A stretch of 64,000 bases of DNA from Promethearchaeota archaeon (GCA_018238625.1 JABCSY010000007.1:1-64000), one strand, 5' to 3'. Positions 1 to 10,665 are shown, counted from the first letter of the stretch. The notes: generated by a model from the sequence alone, not told the origin. A program made the numbers and translations.

Positions 1-1631
1 ACTAGAATTTTATCGGCATCTCGTACAATGCTTAAACGATGGGCTATAATTAGGGTAGTTTTTGATTTGACTAATTTTCTTAAGGTTTTTTGTATTATTT
101 TCTCATTTTCAGAGTCGATATTTGAAGTAGCTTCATCTAAAATTAATATTGGAGTATTTTTAAGAATAGCTCGCGCAAGAGCAATCCTTTGTATTTGACC
201 CCCAGAAATATTTTTTGCCCTTTCAGCTAAAGAAGTATCTAATTTTCTTGGAAGAGAAGATATAAACTCAGAAATACCAGCTTTTTCGCATACATCCAAT
301 AATTCTTCCTCAGTAGCTTCGGGTTTTGCCATTAAAAGGTTATCTCGGATACTACCATAGAATAAATAAGTCTGTTGGGAAACCATAGAAATATTTTTAC
401 GTATTTCATTTGGATTACAATTTTTTAAATTAAAGTCGCCTATATAAACATCTCCATTAACAGGATCGTAAAAACGAGCAATTAAATTGGCTATGGTAGT
501 TTTGCCCACGCCACTCTGTCCTACTATTGCCGTTATTTTACCAGCTTCTAATTTAAAATTAAGATTGTTAAGAATTATTGGACTATCAGGTGAATATGAG
601 AAACTTACATCTTTAAATTCAATATCAACATTATCCAGATAATCTAATTTTTGTGAATATTCAGTTGTTAAATGATAAGATTTTTGATTTAATATTTTAA
701 GGATAGATTTACCCGAAGAGATGCCATTCACAGCTGTATGAAAATAGGAGCCTAAAATCCTCAAAGGTCGGAAAAACTCATAAGAAATGAGCAAGATGAT
801 AATAGCTCCTGTTAAAGTTAATTCGTTTGAAAAGAAGTATGTAATTGCTAAAGAGATACCTAAAGCAGTTCCTACCATCGAAATTAGGTCCATGATTAAT
901 ATGGAAGTAAGATTAGCATAGAGAAGTTTCATAGTATTATTTCTAAATTCCCAACTAATATTAGCTATTTCCTTTTTGCGTCGTTTAATTTGTCCAAACA
1001 TTTTTAAAATAGTGAGTCCTTGTAATGAATCTAAAAAAAAAGAGTTTAAGTCTTCAAAAGTTTCCCAGTGGACTTTTGCTACTCGTTGTACCCACATTTG
1101 TACTATTCCAATACTTATTGGTATAAAAGGAATTAAAAAAATAAGAGTTAGCGCGATTCCTGGATTAAAAATGCTAACATAAAAATAAAGGCCAATTGGT
1201 GCTAATATCGCTACAAAGATTTGGGGAATAAATAAACCAAAAAATGATTCAAGATTTTCGACGCCATCCAATGTAGTAGTTACTAATGCTCCAGTACCTT
1301 TTATCTCTTTATATCTTAATTCAATTTCTAAAATTTTGGAGTAAATTTTATTTCTGACTTCTAATTTTATTCGAGAAGAAGTTTTAAATATAGCAAGATT
1401 AATGAACCACGATAAAAATAGACGAGAAACCATCGCAATTGAAATTATTATTAAAAAAAGAGCAAGCTTCTCAATAATTAATGAATTTAAGTATAATAAA
1501 TTGATAATATTTGCTATACGATCAATAATTACAATATTAATAGTAATAATAAGTAAGCTGGTAAGAATTGTAGTTAGAATCCAAAATCTTGATGCTTTTC
1601 CTAAAGAAAAAATATTTGGTTTTTTTTCCAT
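1..1631 (-). CDS. ABC transporter fused permease/ATPase (CydD/IrtA-like), truncated by window edge; not in ORF track
   Basis: Manual translation from ATG at 1631 (MEKKPNIF...): TM domain, FFRPLRILGSYFH, Walker A GQSGVGKTT, signature ISGGQIQRIALARA, Walker B ILILDEATS. Confidence 0.9.
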   Translation of the reverse strand, partial: MEKKPNIFSLGKASRFWILTTILTSLLIITINIVIIDRIANIINLLYLNSLIIEKLALFLIIISIAMVSRLFLSWFINLAIFKTSSRIKLEVRNKIYSKILEIELRYKEIKGTGALVTTTLDGVENLESFFGLFIPQIFVAILAPIGLYFYVSIFNPGIALTLIFLIPFIPISIGIVQMWVQRVAKVHWETFEDLNSFFLDSLQGLTILKMFGQIKRRKKEIANISWEFRNNTMKLLYANLTSILIMDLISMVGTALGISLAITYFFSNELTLTGAIIILLISYEFFRPLRILGSYFHTAVNGISSGKSILKILNQKSYHLTTEYSQKLDYLDNVDIEFKDVSFSYSPDSPIILNNLNFKLEAGKITAIVGQSGVGKTTIANLIARFYDPVNGDVYIGDFNLKNCNPNEIRKNISMVSQQTYLFYGSIRDNLLMAKPEATEEELLDVCEKAGISEFISSLPRKLDTSLAERAKNISGGQIQRIALARAILKNTPILILDEATSNIDSENEKIIQKTLRKLVKSKTTLIIAHRLSIVRDADKIL

Positions 1632-1686
1632 TTAAATGCACTTATTTGTTTTAGTTTTAAAAAAATAAGATATTATATTATATTTA

Positions 1687-2898
1687 TTAAGGAGATCCAT
1701 GGAATTTTCGAATTAATAAAAGATTAATACCTAAAGTTATCAATTCAATCAGTCCTGCTACTATAAAAGCTATTATGAATTGAGATTCCTGAAAATTAGG
1801 AACAAGAATAAAACCAATTAAGGGACCTAATGTGAGACCTAAATTGCCAAGAAAATTGAAAAATCCCATCCCCATAGCCCTATCTTCTACATCGACAATA
1901 TCTCCAACTAAAGCTACAGAAGGAGGGCCAGTTACTCCTGAAAATGTTCCTAATATTATAAAGCAAATTATCAAAGCACCCAAACCAAATAACCCAAAAT
2001 AACCTGTTAAACTCAGCATAATTCCATAGCTAAAGCTCCCCCATATTAAAAATTTATATCGTCCATATTTATCAGATAACTTTCCTATGGGATATTGCAA
2101 AATAATAAATGGTAAGGCAAAAATTCCCATAACCATTCCTCGTTCTGTTGTTCCAAGGAATAAAATGTTTGCTATATATAATGGTAGGATATAAATAATA
2201 AATCCCATGTGAAGGCGATCTACAAAATTAAATATTCCAGGTAATATTAATTTGGGTGCACGGTTTATAATTTTAATATTCTCTTTAAATAAAGGTCTTT
2301 TTTTTAGAAAAGATGGCTCTTTTATTATGAAAAAAGTAATTAGTAAAACAATTGCATTAGCTCCTATAGCAATATAATATGGAACGAATATACCATATTT
2401 AGCAATCATTCCTCCTAACATTGGACCTATTCCCATTGCTAAAGCTAAAAAAATACCTAAAATACCTAAACATTTCCCTCTATTTTCAGAATTTGAGATA
2501 TCCAGTATCATCGTCATTAAAATTTGCCAACACATAATTGTAAAACATCCTTGTGAAAATCTAAAGATTAATAGAAGCCCATAATAAGGAGGGGGTGTTG
2601 CAATCATAAGGAAAAAGGAAATAATTGTTCCCACACTCCCAACAATAACAAATCTTTTTCTTTTTCCAAAACGATCTGCTAAAATACCAGTAACTATTCC
2701 CCAAATTAAATATGATAAATAAAGAACAAAGTCATAATAAGCAGTTTCTCCCGTTATACCAAAACGAAGAGAAATAAATTCGTATTCATTTGTGTGTAAT
2801 AATGAAACTGATATAATCGTTAAGAACATTGAAATACTTATTATTAAGACTTGAAACATATTAGTTTTAATTTCATCTTTAATAATTTCATTATTCAT
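1687..2898 (-). CDS. MFS transporter
   Basis: 12 TM pattern with motif A (GILADRFGKRK; GKLSDKYGRYK). Confidence 0.9.
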   Translation of the reverse strand: MNNEIIKDEIKTNMFQVLIISISMFLTIISVSLLHTNEYEFISLRFGITGETAYYDFVLYLSYLIWGIVTGILADRFGKRKRFVIVGSVGTIISFFLMIATPPPYYGLLLIFRFSQGCFTIMCWQILMTMILDISNSENRGKCLGILGIFLALAMGIGPMLGGMIAKYGIFVPYYIAIGANAIVLLITFFIIKEPSFLKKRPLFKENIKIINRAPKLILPGIFNFVDRLHMGFIIYILPLYIANILFLGTTERGMVMGIFALPFIILQYPIGKLSDKYGRYKFLIWGSFSYGIMLSLTGYFGLFGLGALIICFIILGTFSGVTGPPSVALVGDIVDVEDRAMGMGFFNFLGNLGLTLGPLIGFILVPNFQESQFIIAFIVAGLIELITLGINLLLIRKFHGSP

Positions 2899-3063
2899 AA
2901 TTACTCATCTTCTTTCTTTCAATTTCTTTTAATATTAAAATTCTTCTATTTAAACTATTTATCTTAATTATTATACGGTAATTCCTTCTAATTACACTCT
3001 AAAAGTTACAATATTTTTAATTTCTTCCTACTTTTAAAGGAATTATAATTATTTTTATTGAAA

Positions 3064-3079
3064 ATTAGGCATGCCTAAT
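3064..3079. promoter_or_regulatory. Perfect palindrome ATTAGGCATGCCTAAT, DtxR/MntR-family operator-like
   Basis: 16-bp perfect inverted repeat with TTAGG-N4-CCTAA core upstream of the MFS+ABC genes. Confidence 0.55.
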
Positions 3080-3273
3080 AGTTTATAAAAAAAGGTAGCA
3101 TATAAACATTTTTATTCAATTGAATGAATTTAAATTATAGGAAGATCGTAAATTGGAATATTTTATAATAATACTTTAGTTCAAATAATTTTTTATGATA
3201 GTCACTATGCCTAAAATGATTTTACGGTAATAATTTTTTTTAATAATTTAGTTATAACTAATTATTTGATTCG

Positions 3274-3759
3274 TTATATTAACGATTTTATTGTAAAATC
3301 TGTTTTAAATTTTTTAATTAAAATTTTTAAAATTTCCTTTTTTGATTTCATTTTACCATCATAAAAAATTTTGAACATTTTTTGTTTTGGATAGTATTCT
3401 ATAGGGTACTTAGAGCGATTGATATCGAAATAGAGTTCTAAATCTTCATAAATTCTTTTTATTATATATGTCTGATTTTCTATAGGTATAGGATTTAAAA
3501 TTTCGAATTCTAAACCTTCTTTCTTTAAAAGATTCTCTAAAAAATATTTTTCTTTCCCACTTAGCCTTATTGACCTAAATTTCCAAAAATGCCCTATAGT
3601 CCACCAACTAAAAGTATAAAGCAAGATTATCCATAAGGAAGTAATATAAGAAATTATTGGTGCACCCAAATTAATTAAGAGCCAGTTAAATACACCAAGG
3701 AAGAATCCACTAAAAATATAAGCTTTTATCGTCCACCATTTTTTCGACCTTTCCATCAA
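3274..3759 (-). CDS. Hypothetical membrane protein (2 N-terminal TM)
   Basis: 161-aa ORF with hydrophobic N-terminus. Confidence 0.6.
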   Translation of the reverse strand: MMERSKKWWTIKAYIFSGFFLGVFNWLLINLGAPIISYITSLWIILLYTFSWWTIGHFWKFRSIRLSGKEKYFLENLLKKEGLEFEILNPIPIENQTYIIKRIYEDLELYFDINRSKYPIEYYPKQKMFKIFYDGKMKSKKEILKILIKKFKTDFTIKSLI

Positions 3760-3898
3760 TAAGTTCCCTCTATTATTCGTTCTATAAATTTTTAATTTAA
3801 GTTTAAATTTTTTTTCCTAACTTTTTAACTAATATTATATCGGTTTTCTAATATTTATCAATAAATCAAACTATTTATTTGTTAGCCAAAAATGAGAA

Positions 3899-4147
3899 TT
3901 AGGGGTCTTTTTTTCCTCTAGATTTTGGGTATTTCAGAATTCCACCTAAGAACAATGGAGTAGCATACATTATACAAAATGGTATGTTGTATAAAAATGC
4001 AATTATCACAGGTTCTCCTAGATTAATTGAAATTATACTTTTGTGTAACCATGTAAACAAAAAAAAGAGGGTTCCCATGATGAAACACCCTTTTCTTGTA
4101 TTCCCTCCATGGTATAATTTTTTAAACCATATAATTAATTGCTTCAT
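3899..4147 (-). CDS. Small hypothetical membrane protein
   Basis: 82 aa, two hydrophobic segments, same strand as neighbours. Confidence 0.45.
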   Translation of the reverse strand: MKQLIIWFKKLYHGGNTRKGCFIMGTLFFLFTWLHKSIISINLGEPVIIAFLYNIPFCIMYATPLFLGGILKYPKSRGKKDP

Positions 4148-4221
4148 TCTTAGATTTTTATCTTCTTTATTCTATAAAGATATAATTTTTGTTTATAAGG
4201 TGCGTGATTAAAATTTTTCTC

Positions 4222-5244
4222 TCAAGCTTCAAAATCAAGAGATTCTCCACAATTTGGACAAAATTTAAATTTGATTCCCATATGATACCTACAAACGGGA
4301 CAGTATAGGCCCGATTCGACATGTTCTGGTTGAACTTGAACCTGTTCTGTTCTATATGATTCAGTTGGCACTTGATAATAACCTCGCCGGTATCCTAAAT
4401 CGAATCTTACTTTAAACGATGCGAAAAGAGTGGTTAATAAACATATAAAAAGTGGTCCAAGAATGATTGGTACCAAATTATTTAATAACTCATTCAGAAA
4501 GAGCATGCCATATCTCCTGCTTGCTGGGTTATACCACGAAGCTAATGTAGGAGCGTCCACATGCCATACAAAGTTTAAGAAAAAACCGAAAATCATACTA
4601 ATAACGCGGATAATTAAAGAGCTGATAAAAAAAACTCCAATGATTTTCCAAAATGCTCCTTTGGTAATTTTTCTTGCTTGTTTGAGAGGTTTTTCTATGT
4701 TTTCAAATTGATAAGTGAATACTGAACAAATATAAAGTCCTAAAATTGTAATTCCAGGAATCAATAAAAACCATAACCCAAGTGGATATCCAAGACCAAG
4801 AATCGCAAGGACTACAAATAGTTTGGAATTAAATGATTTCTTTATATCTTGAACTAAATCAGGATCTAAGTTTAAGTACTTCTTGTAGAGGTAAATACTC
4901 ACGGAACTCATAGCTAAGGCTGTAAATAAAGAGTAAATAATACTATCTATAAAGACAACGCTAAGACCAATTAGTAAAAAACTTAGCAGTTGAGCTACAT
5001 CAGCTTCCGTCAGGTTTGAAAGGTTTGGATCCATCGTACTAGCTATATTTTCTCCAAGAACACTTACTTGCCAATTAAGATCTGCAAGTAAAAAAATCTT
5101 TAAAAGCAAGTAAATTACATAAAAAAAAGTGAGCGGTACGATAATTTTTGTCCAGTTTTTTCCAAATAAGCGAAAACCATCGGAAATGGAGTCACCATAA
5201 CTTTTTTTTGCTATTCTTGTTAATTCTTGAGATTCGCGCGACAT
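4222..5244 (-). CDS. Multi-pass membrane protein with C-terminal zinc ribbon
   Basis: TM segments plus CPVC...CPNCG. Confidence 0.8.
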   Translation of the reverse strand: MSRESQELTRIAKKSYGDSISDGFRLFGKNWTKIIVPLTFFYVIYLLLKIFLLADLNWQVSVLGENIASTMDPNLSNLTEADVAQLLSFLLIGLSVVFIDSIIYSLFTALAMSSVSIYLYKKYLNLDPDLVQDIKKSFNSKLFVVLAILGLGYPLGLWFLLIPGITILGLYICSVFTYQFENIEKPLKQARKITKGAFWKIIGVFFISSLIIRVISMIFGFFLNFVWHVDAPTLASWYNPASRRYGMLFLNELLNNLVPIILGPLFICLLTTLFASFKVRFDLGYRRGYYQVPTESYRTEQVQVQPEHVESGLYCPVCRYHMGIKFKFCPNCGESLDFEA

Positions 5245-5413
5245 AATTTTTATATTTTATATGTAAGTAAGACCCAATTTAATAAGATTCAAAGTAAGTT
5301 AATAAATATTGTTAAAAGTTTTTCTTGAATTCTAAATTAACATTCTTTTGCCAACAACAGGCAAAGATTTGATAATAAAAATAAAAAAAAGATTTTAGAT
5401 TTTTTAATTTATA

Positions 5414-6388
5414 TTAATCTCGTTTAATTTTTGTGAAGATCCAAGGAACTAAAGTAATAACTAAGAACGCTAATATGAAGTATTTAGTAAATCTCCAAAC
5501 GAAAAAATCAGATGAATAAACGCTTAATGCAAAATAGAAAACCATCGTTAATACTAACCCTATTACAAGATTAATTAGTTTCTGTTTGTTATTGAGTGCT
5601 TTTGGGTCGTAATGAATCTTTTCGTTTTCGATTAAATAACCAAGCGATATTCCCATTAGCGCGCCACTAGCCAAACCATAGTCAATCGTAGTGGTTGGAA
5701 AGATAACAATAGCTATAGTTAACATGGCAATTGGGATTATTATTGATAGAATTACCTTGGTTAAAAAATTCAAAGATTTAGCTTTTTCAGAGAGTAGTGG
5801 CTCAAAGTAGATGAATAAAACCAAGAAAAGCGTGCCAAAAAAGAATCCACCCCACACATCTTGTAGATCGTGCACTCCAATTACGATTCTCGATATTCCG
5901 ATTAAATAGATAAATATTATAAATAGCCATTGAAGAATTTTATTTTCTTTTTTGTACGACTCATAAGACATTAGTCCCCAGACCGCTACGGCATTTTGTG
6001 AATGTCCAGAAGGAAAGCCAAGACCCTCAGCAACTGGTTCACCATCCCATATATTAGTCCAAGGACGGGGATCTTGAAATATGTCCTTTAAAATTCCGTT
6101 AACATAAACAGAACCTAAAAGAGAGAACCCTACATTTCTTCCAAATTTTACATCGTATACGAATACCAAAGCCGCAAGTAATAAGATCTGTACCATATCT
6201 TCTCCTATATAGGATATTGCCCGAAAAATTGCGAAAGTGATTGAATTACCATAAAACATTTCGTTGAAATATAAGTTTAGCCCTAATAATAACAAGATTC
6301 CTCCAACTACAAAATTGACCGCTGCGATTATTAATATAAAGAGTAATACCTTTTTTGATAAAGTTTTATTTTCGCTCATATTTTTCAC
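5414..6388 (-). CDS. PAP2-family membrane phosphatase
   Basis: KxxxxxPRP, FPSGHS and SRxxxGVHxxxD motifs. Confidence 0.92.
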   Translation of the reverse strand: MKNMSENKTLSKKVLLFILIIAAVNFVVGGILLLLGLNLYFNEMFYGNSITFAIFRAISYIGEDMVQILLLAALVFVYDVKFGRNVGFSLLGSVYVNGILKDIFQDPRPWTNIWDGEPVAEGLGFPSGHSQNAVAVWGLMSYESYKKENKILQWLFIIFIYLIGISRIVIGVHDLQDVWGGFFFGTLFLVLFIYFEPLLSEKAKSLNFLTKVILSIIIPIAMLTIAIVIFPTTTIDYGLASGALMGISLGYLIENEKIHYDPKALNNKQKLINLVIGLVLTMVFYFALSVYSSDFFVWRFTKYFILAFLVITLVPWIFTKIKRD

Positions 6389-6722
6389 TTTTTATTATAG
6401 ATTCTCCTAAAAAATGGATATGATAATATTTTACAAACTATTATAAAAGGTTTTCTTTAAAAAATACCGATTTTAATGATAAATTACCGGTAAATTCAAA
6501 TTGATTTTTTGAAATGTTTTTAAAAACTTCATACCAATACAATACATATTAAGATGAAGTTCTGTTTTTACGAATTTAAAGAGAATATGTTATTAATTTT
6601 CCCTTTAATAAAAACCATGAAAAAAAATAAATAGTAATTAAATTTTGCTTTAGATAACTGTTTAAATGTGTTGAATAACAAAAATATCGGGTGTCAAATA
6701 GATTTACTATCGAGGATACATT

Positions 6723-6983
6723 TTGGTTCGCTTAAAAATTATCGGAACTCAATGGAAGATAGTAGAGAAATTGAAGGGTTTGAAACCAGAAGAAGATCAA
6801 GATTGGAAGATTACTTACGCATCCCCTACTTATGGCGGTTGGGATTTAATTGTAGAATGCGTTTTTAGTAATTTAGAAGATTTGGACAAAATTGTGTCCT
6901 TCTGTCGAACTGACGAAGATTTAAAAGAGTGGATCGATGCTACAACAACTCTGATCAGCACAAAAAGAAATTTTGAAGAATAG
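6723..6983 (+). CDS. Stand-alone Lrp/AsnC ligand-binding (RAM) domain protein
   Basis: TYGGWDLIVE...LEDLDKIV...TTTLI pattern. Confidence 0.7.
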   Translation: MVRLKIIGTQWKIVEKLKGLKPEEDQDWKITYASPTYGGWDLIVECVFSNLEDLDKIVSFCRTDEDLKEWIDATTTLISTKRNFEE

Positions 6984-7006
6984 AAGGCTGTTTTTTATTG
7001 TATAAC

Positions 7007-8005
7007 TCAAATCAAATTATTAATAATAATCTCGGAAATATCTGACGAGTATTCGCCTGTTCTCCTGATGCTTTCGATTATAGATCCTATTTCAACGAGA
7101 TACTCTGAATTTGGATTAATTTTAATAGTATTACATGCTTCTATTAAATTTTCAATGGATTCAATATTTTCATTTGCTAACAATAAACTATTTTGAAGCC
7201 ATGCATCTAAACTCATGTTCAATAAATCTAAAGAAATCTTACTAGCATTCATAATGTTTTTGTATAATTCTTTGTCGATTTTTTGGTAATCTACAAGTAA
7301 AACATTCCGTGCAATTTTTACGGCGTGGTCCGCAATTCTCTCTAGAAATCGGCTTATGAATTTATAATTACTGGCATCTTCTAGTGTAATGTCTAATTTT
7401 TGGCACAATATAATATCACGCAGTACAATGTGAGCCTGACGCTCGATTAGCCAATTCAATCGATCAATTTCATCATCACTTTCAATTACTTTTTCTGCTA
7501 GCTTTTTATCCCCCGTTTCCAATGATTTAAGTGCGTCCTCGTGCATACCATTAGCTAGAATATACATCCTCCTAATCGTTTTTTCAAACGGCATTTCTTT
7601 TGGGTCGAGTAAATCTTTAATTTTAATGATATTATCTGTTTCCTCTATTATTTCGGTCCCTATTGTTATTTTTCTAAAATGACTTACTGTATCTCTTATT
7701 TGTGACTCAATCTTTTTGCTAGATTTCACTTCTATAATGTTATACCCCATGATATAAGCCCCTACTAATAATCGAAACAAGAAATCAGTGTTTTTAATCT
7801 CGTCAATGTCGAGCTTCTTTTCTCTTATAAGTTTTTCTGAACTTATGTAAGGAGTAATAAGCAAATTACCATCTGGTTGTGACAAGATCCCAATTGTATC
7901 TTTAACTTGAATTCCGTGTTTATCAATCCATTCCCTTGGTAGACTAACGATATAAGTAGACCCACCCGTCTTTTGTACTTTTCGTGTTTCAATATTGAAC
8001 GCCAT
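7007..8005 (-). CDS. Archaeal phosphate uptake regulator (AbrB + PhoU domains)
   Basis: RKVQKTGGSTYIVSLP AbrB motif; PhoU repeats (DDEIDRL, LERIADHA). Confidence 0.93.
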   Translation of the reverse strand: MAFNIETRKVQKTGGSTYIVSLPREWIDKHGIQVKDTIGILSQPDGNLLITPYISSEKLIREKKLDIDEIKNTDFLFRLLVGAYIMGYNIIEVKSSKKIESQIRDTVSHFRKITIGTEIIEETDNIIKIKDLLDPKEMPFEKTIRRMYILANGMHEDALKSLETGDKKLAEKVIESDDEIDRLNWLIERQAHIVLRDIILCQKLDITLEDASNYKFISRFLERIADHAVKIARNVLLVDYQKIDKELYKNIMNASKISLDLLNMSLDAWLQNSLLLANENIESIENLIEACNTIKINPNSEYLVEIGSIIESIRRTGEYSSDISEIIINNLI

Positions 8006-8085
8006 AACCTCTTCGACTTGTTTTAATTTTTAAATTTTAATTCTATTGATAATAGATAATATATTTTTCTTTTTAATAAATATAT

Positions 8086-8123
8086 TATATAGTGGATCTA
8101 TAGAGTATATATTCTATATATAT
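8086..8123. promoter_or_regulatory. Tandem TCTATATATAT-like boxes (putative Pho box) between regulator and pstS
   Basis: tatatag/tctatagagta/tctatatatat; similar arrays at 9392-9425 and 10496-10517. Confidence 0.45.
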
Positions 8124-8297
8124 TCTTCTTTTTATGAAATGTTCCTTGAAATACATTTAGTATATAAAATATATATCATCAATATTTAGCCATAATCTAA
8201 GTAGAGAGTTCTTAAATTTTACACATGATACGATTAATTAACAAAATTTAACAAGAAACAAGAAATAGATAGATCTTTAAAAAAAAGTACAACAAAA

Positions 8298-9209
8298 GTG
8301 AAAAAAAAAATGGAAAAAAAAGCTATAATTTATTTGGCAATTGTAGGAATGATCGGTATGTTCTTTATTGGTGGTGGAGTAACAACTCTACTAACGCCTC
8401 CTGGAGGCGCACAGAGAGTAACGATTATAATCTCTGGATCAACAACTTGTGAACCTGTAATTACTGAATGTGCAGATCAATTTATGGCAATCAATCCTAA
8501 TGTCGACATTTCCGTATCCGGTACTGGCTCTGGCTCTGGAATTTCAGATACTATTAATGGTTTGAACAGTATTGGCATGTCTTCTAGAAACATAAAAAGT
8601 ACAGAGAACGCATCAGCAGGTAATAATCTAATAGATTACAAATTTGCAAAGGATGGAATCGCTGTTATAATCAGTGCCACTCATCCTAACGCAACTTGGA
8701 TACAATCAAATGGTCTTACCTTAGATCAAGTATTTTTAATCTATAATGGTACCTATGACACATGGGATGATATTAATGCTGCTTTAGTAACTGATACAAT
8801 TGATGTTCACACTAGACCTGATGGGTCAGGTACTAGAGCCACATTTGAAGAACTAGTTGAATCTGGTGGTGAAGAACTTGGAGATAATTCCGGTTATACT
8901 AGCTCAGTTACCGGATATATCGAAGTAGCTTCTAATACAGTCATGGTTCAGCAAGTTGGAAGCAATTCATATGGTTTTGGTTATTGTGGGCTCGGATATG
9001 TTGACGCTAGCGTTATTGCTATTCCTGTTGATGGAGTTGTTCCTTCAATTTCCACAATTTTAGACGAAACATATCCAATCTCTAGAGCATTACACTTGGT
9101 AACAGATGGACCTGTTAGTGGGTGGGTACAAGCCTTTATTGATTTTATTTTCGGTTCTAATGGACAGCAAGTAGTTGCTGATGAAGGTTTTGTCCGACTT
9201 TGGTTTTAA
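8298..9209 (+). CDS. pstS: Phosphate ABC transporter substrate-binding protein
   Basis: SGSTT, GTGSGSG, MSSR, RPDGSGTR, YPISRAL; N-terminal anchor. Confidence 0.95.
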   Translation: MKKKMEKKAIIYLAIVGMIGMFFIGGGVTTLLTPPGGAQRVTIIISGSTTCEPVITECADQFMAINPNVDISVSGTGSGSGISDTINGLNSIGMSSRNIKSTENASAGNNLIDYKFAKDGIAVIISATHPNATWIQSNGLTLDQVFLIYNGTYDTWDDINAALVTDTIDVHTRPDGSGTRATFEELVESGGEELGDNSGYTSSVTGYIEVASNTVMVQQVGSNSYGFGYCGLGYVDASVIAIPVDGVVPSISTILDETYPISRALHLVTDGPVSGWVQAFIDFIFGSNGQQVVADEGFVRLWF

Positions 9210-9391
9210 ATTTATGTTTAACAAAAATAATTTTAATTTTTTTTTAATATATATCTTTTTTTTATTTTCTTTCAATAATCCATGCAGAAGTTAATGTATA
9301 GCGGTGACTTGTGTCTAGGAGCAATTCATACCATTATTTACTATGTCTTTTGATTAGCCGTCCTTTAAAATACATTTGTGTTATGATTATT

Positions 9392-9425
9392 TCTATATAT
9401 AGATCTATGTATATTCTATAAAGTA
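9392..9425 (+). promoter_or_regulatory. Tandem TCTATRTATA-like boxes upstream of the 9492/GTPase genes
   Basis: tctatatatag (9392), tctatgtatat (9404), tctataaagta (9415). Confidence 0.45.
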
Positions 9426-9491
9426 ATATGGAAATGTTGATAAGTTAGTTGCATATTCTTTTTATTAGGGATTATTAGTAGAAGTATTACA

Positions 9492-9824
9492 ATGATTAAA
9501 AAAGATTTAGTAAAGATTGCATTGGTACCATGTTCTAAATGTGGAAGAGTTTTTAAAGCCAAGATTACACAAGATATTTTAAATGATGTCGAAAGATATC
9601 CATTTACTATTGTTTTGATGCATGTTTCTATGGAAAATGGAAAAAAAGAGATACATACTCTTGTTGCATATCTCGACAAATATTTAAACTGCAGACATGT
9701 TACAGTTCTACTAGGAAGAAGATTATTCATAACACCCTATGTTTTATATAATCCTAATCTGCTAATACTCTCATGTAATAGGAGTTTAACAAAAAATAAT
9801 TATATAGATGGTGTTAAATCGTGA
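9492..9824 (+). CDS. Small putative Zn-binding protein (CxxC...H...HxxxxYLD), coupled to GTPase
   Basis: CSKC, MH, HTLVAYLD; stop overlaps GTPase start. Confidence 0.7.
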   Translation: MIKKDLVKIALVPCSKCGRVFKAKITQDILNDVERYPFTIVLMHVSMENGKKEIHTLVAYLDKYLNCRHVTVLLGRRLFITPYVLYNPNLLILSCNRSLTKNNYIDGVKS

Positions 9825-10369
9825 TGATAAAACAATCTGTAAGTAATATGTTTAAAAAGAATATTTATAAGGTAGTTGTAGGAGGAGAAGGTGCTGTTGG
9901 AAAAACTACAATTTGCCAAAGACTTGCCGGAACTTTGGAACGTGAAAAAGATCGGCTTATGACGATTGGCGTTGATTTTCATAGTTTAAAAATTAAAAAT
10001 GGTAAATTATTTGAAGCTCAAGTCTGGGATTTAGGGGGACAAGAACAATTCAGAGATTTTCAGCAACCATTTTTCAAAAATGCTAAAATTGCTATATTTG
10101 TATTTTCTGTTGAATGGTTCGATACAATGGTATATATTGATTTTTGGTTAGATATGTTAAAAGATGAAAATCCTGTTAAAATTTATCTAATTGGAAATAA
10201 AATCGATTCTCCTAATAGATTTGTAAGAATTGATGAAGCATTAGAGTTCGCTAGAGATAGAAATTTGTCATATTATGAAATTTCTGCAATTAAAGGAACT
10301 GGTTTTGAAAATTTTAAAGAAGATTTAATCCAAACAATCCAAACCATAGCAAATTTAAATATTAATTAA
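9821..10369 (+). CDS. Rab/Ras-superfamily small GTPase
   Basis: G1 GEGAVGKTT, G2 TIGVDF, G3 WDLGGQ, G4 NKID, G5 SAI. Confidence 0.95.
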   Translation: MMIKQSVSNMFKKNIYKVVVGGEGAVGKTTICQRLAGTLEREKDRLMTIGVDFHSLKIKNGKLFEAQVWDLGGQEQFRDFQQPFFKNAKIAIFVFSVEWFDTMVYIDFWLDMLKDENPVKIYLIGNKIDSPNRFVRIDEALEFARDRNLSYYEISAIKGTGFENFKEDLIQTIQTIANLNIN

Positions 10370-10495
10370 TGGAAATATTTCAAAAATTTTTAGAAAGAAT
10401 TATTTTTTTTCCCAATATTTCATTTTAGCATTTCTGATCTCAATCTACATATGAATATGTTTTATAAATTAAACTCAAGAAGATAATTATCAACT

Positions 10496-10517
10496 TCTGT
10501 ATATATACTATATATTT
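10496..10517 (+). promoter_or_regulatory. 11-bp-period TATATA boxes upstream of pstCA
   Basis: tctgtatatat actatatattt. Confidence 0.4.
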
Positions 10518-10665
10518 CAATATAATATATGGTGGTTATGAATTTATTAAATTCTAACTTTATTTTCTATGAGAAAACTAAATAAATTAAGCAAAATGCA
10601 TAACTGTCTTATGTTTATATCTTTGAAATTAAAAACACACTATTTATTGAATTCTGAGTGGAATA

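Noticed and set aside
976-1635. Plus-strand ORFs 976-1182 and 1402-1635
   Set aside because: Antisense to the ABC transporter
9275-9365. Slightly GC-rich intergenic patch after pstS
   Set aside because: No convincing stem or intact ORF
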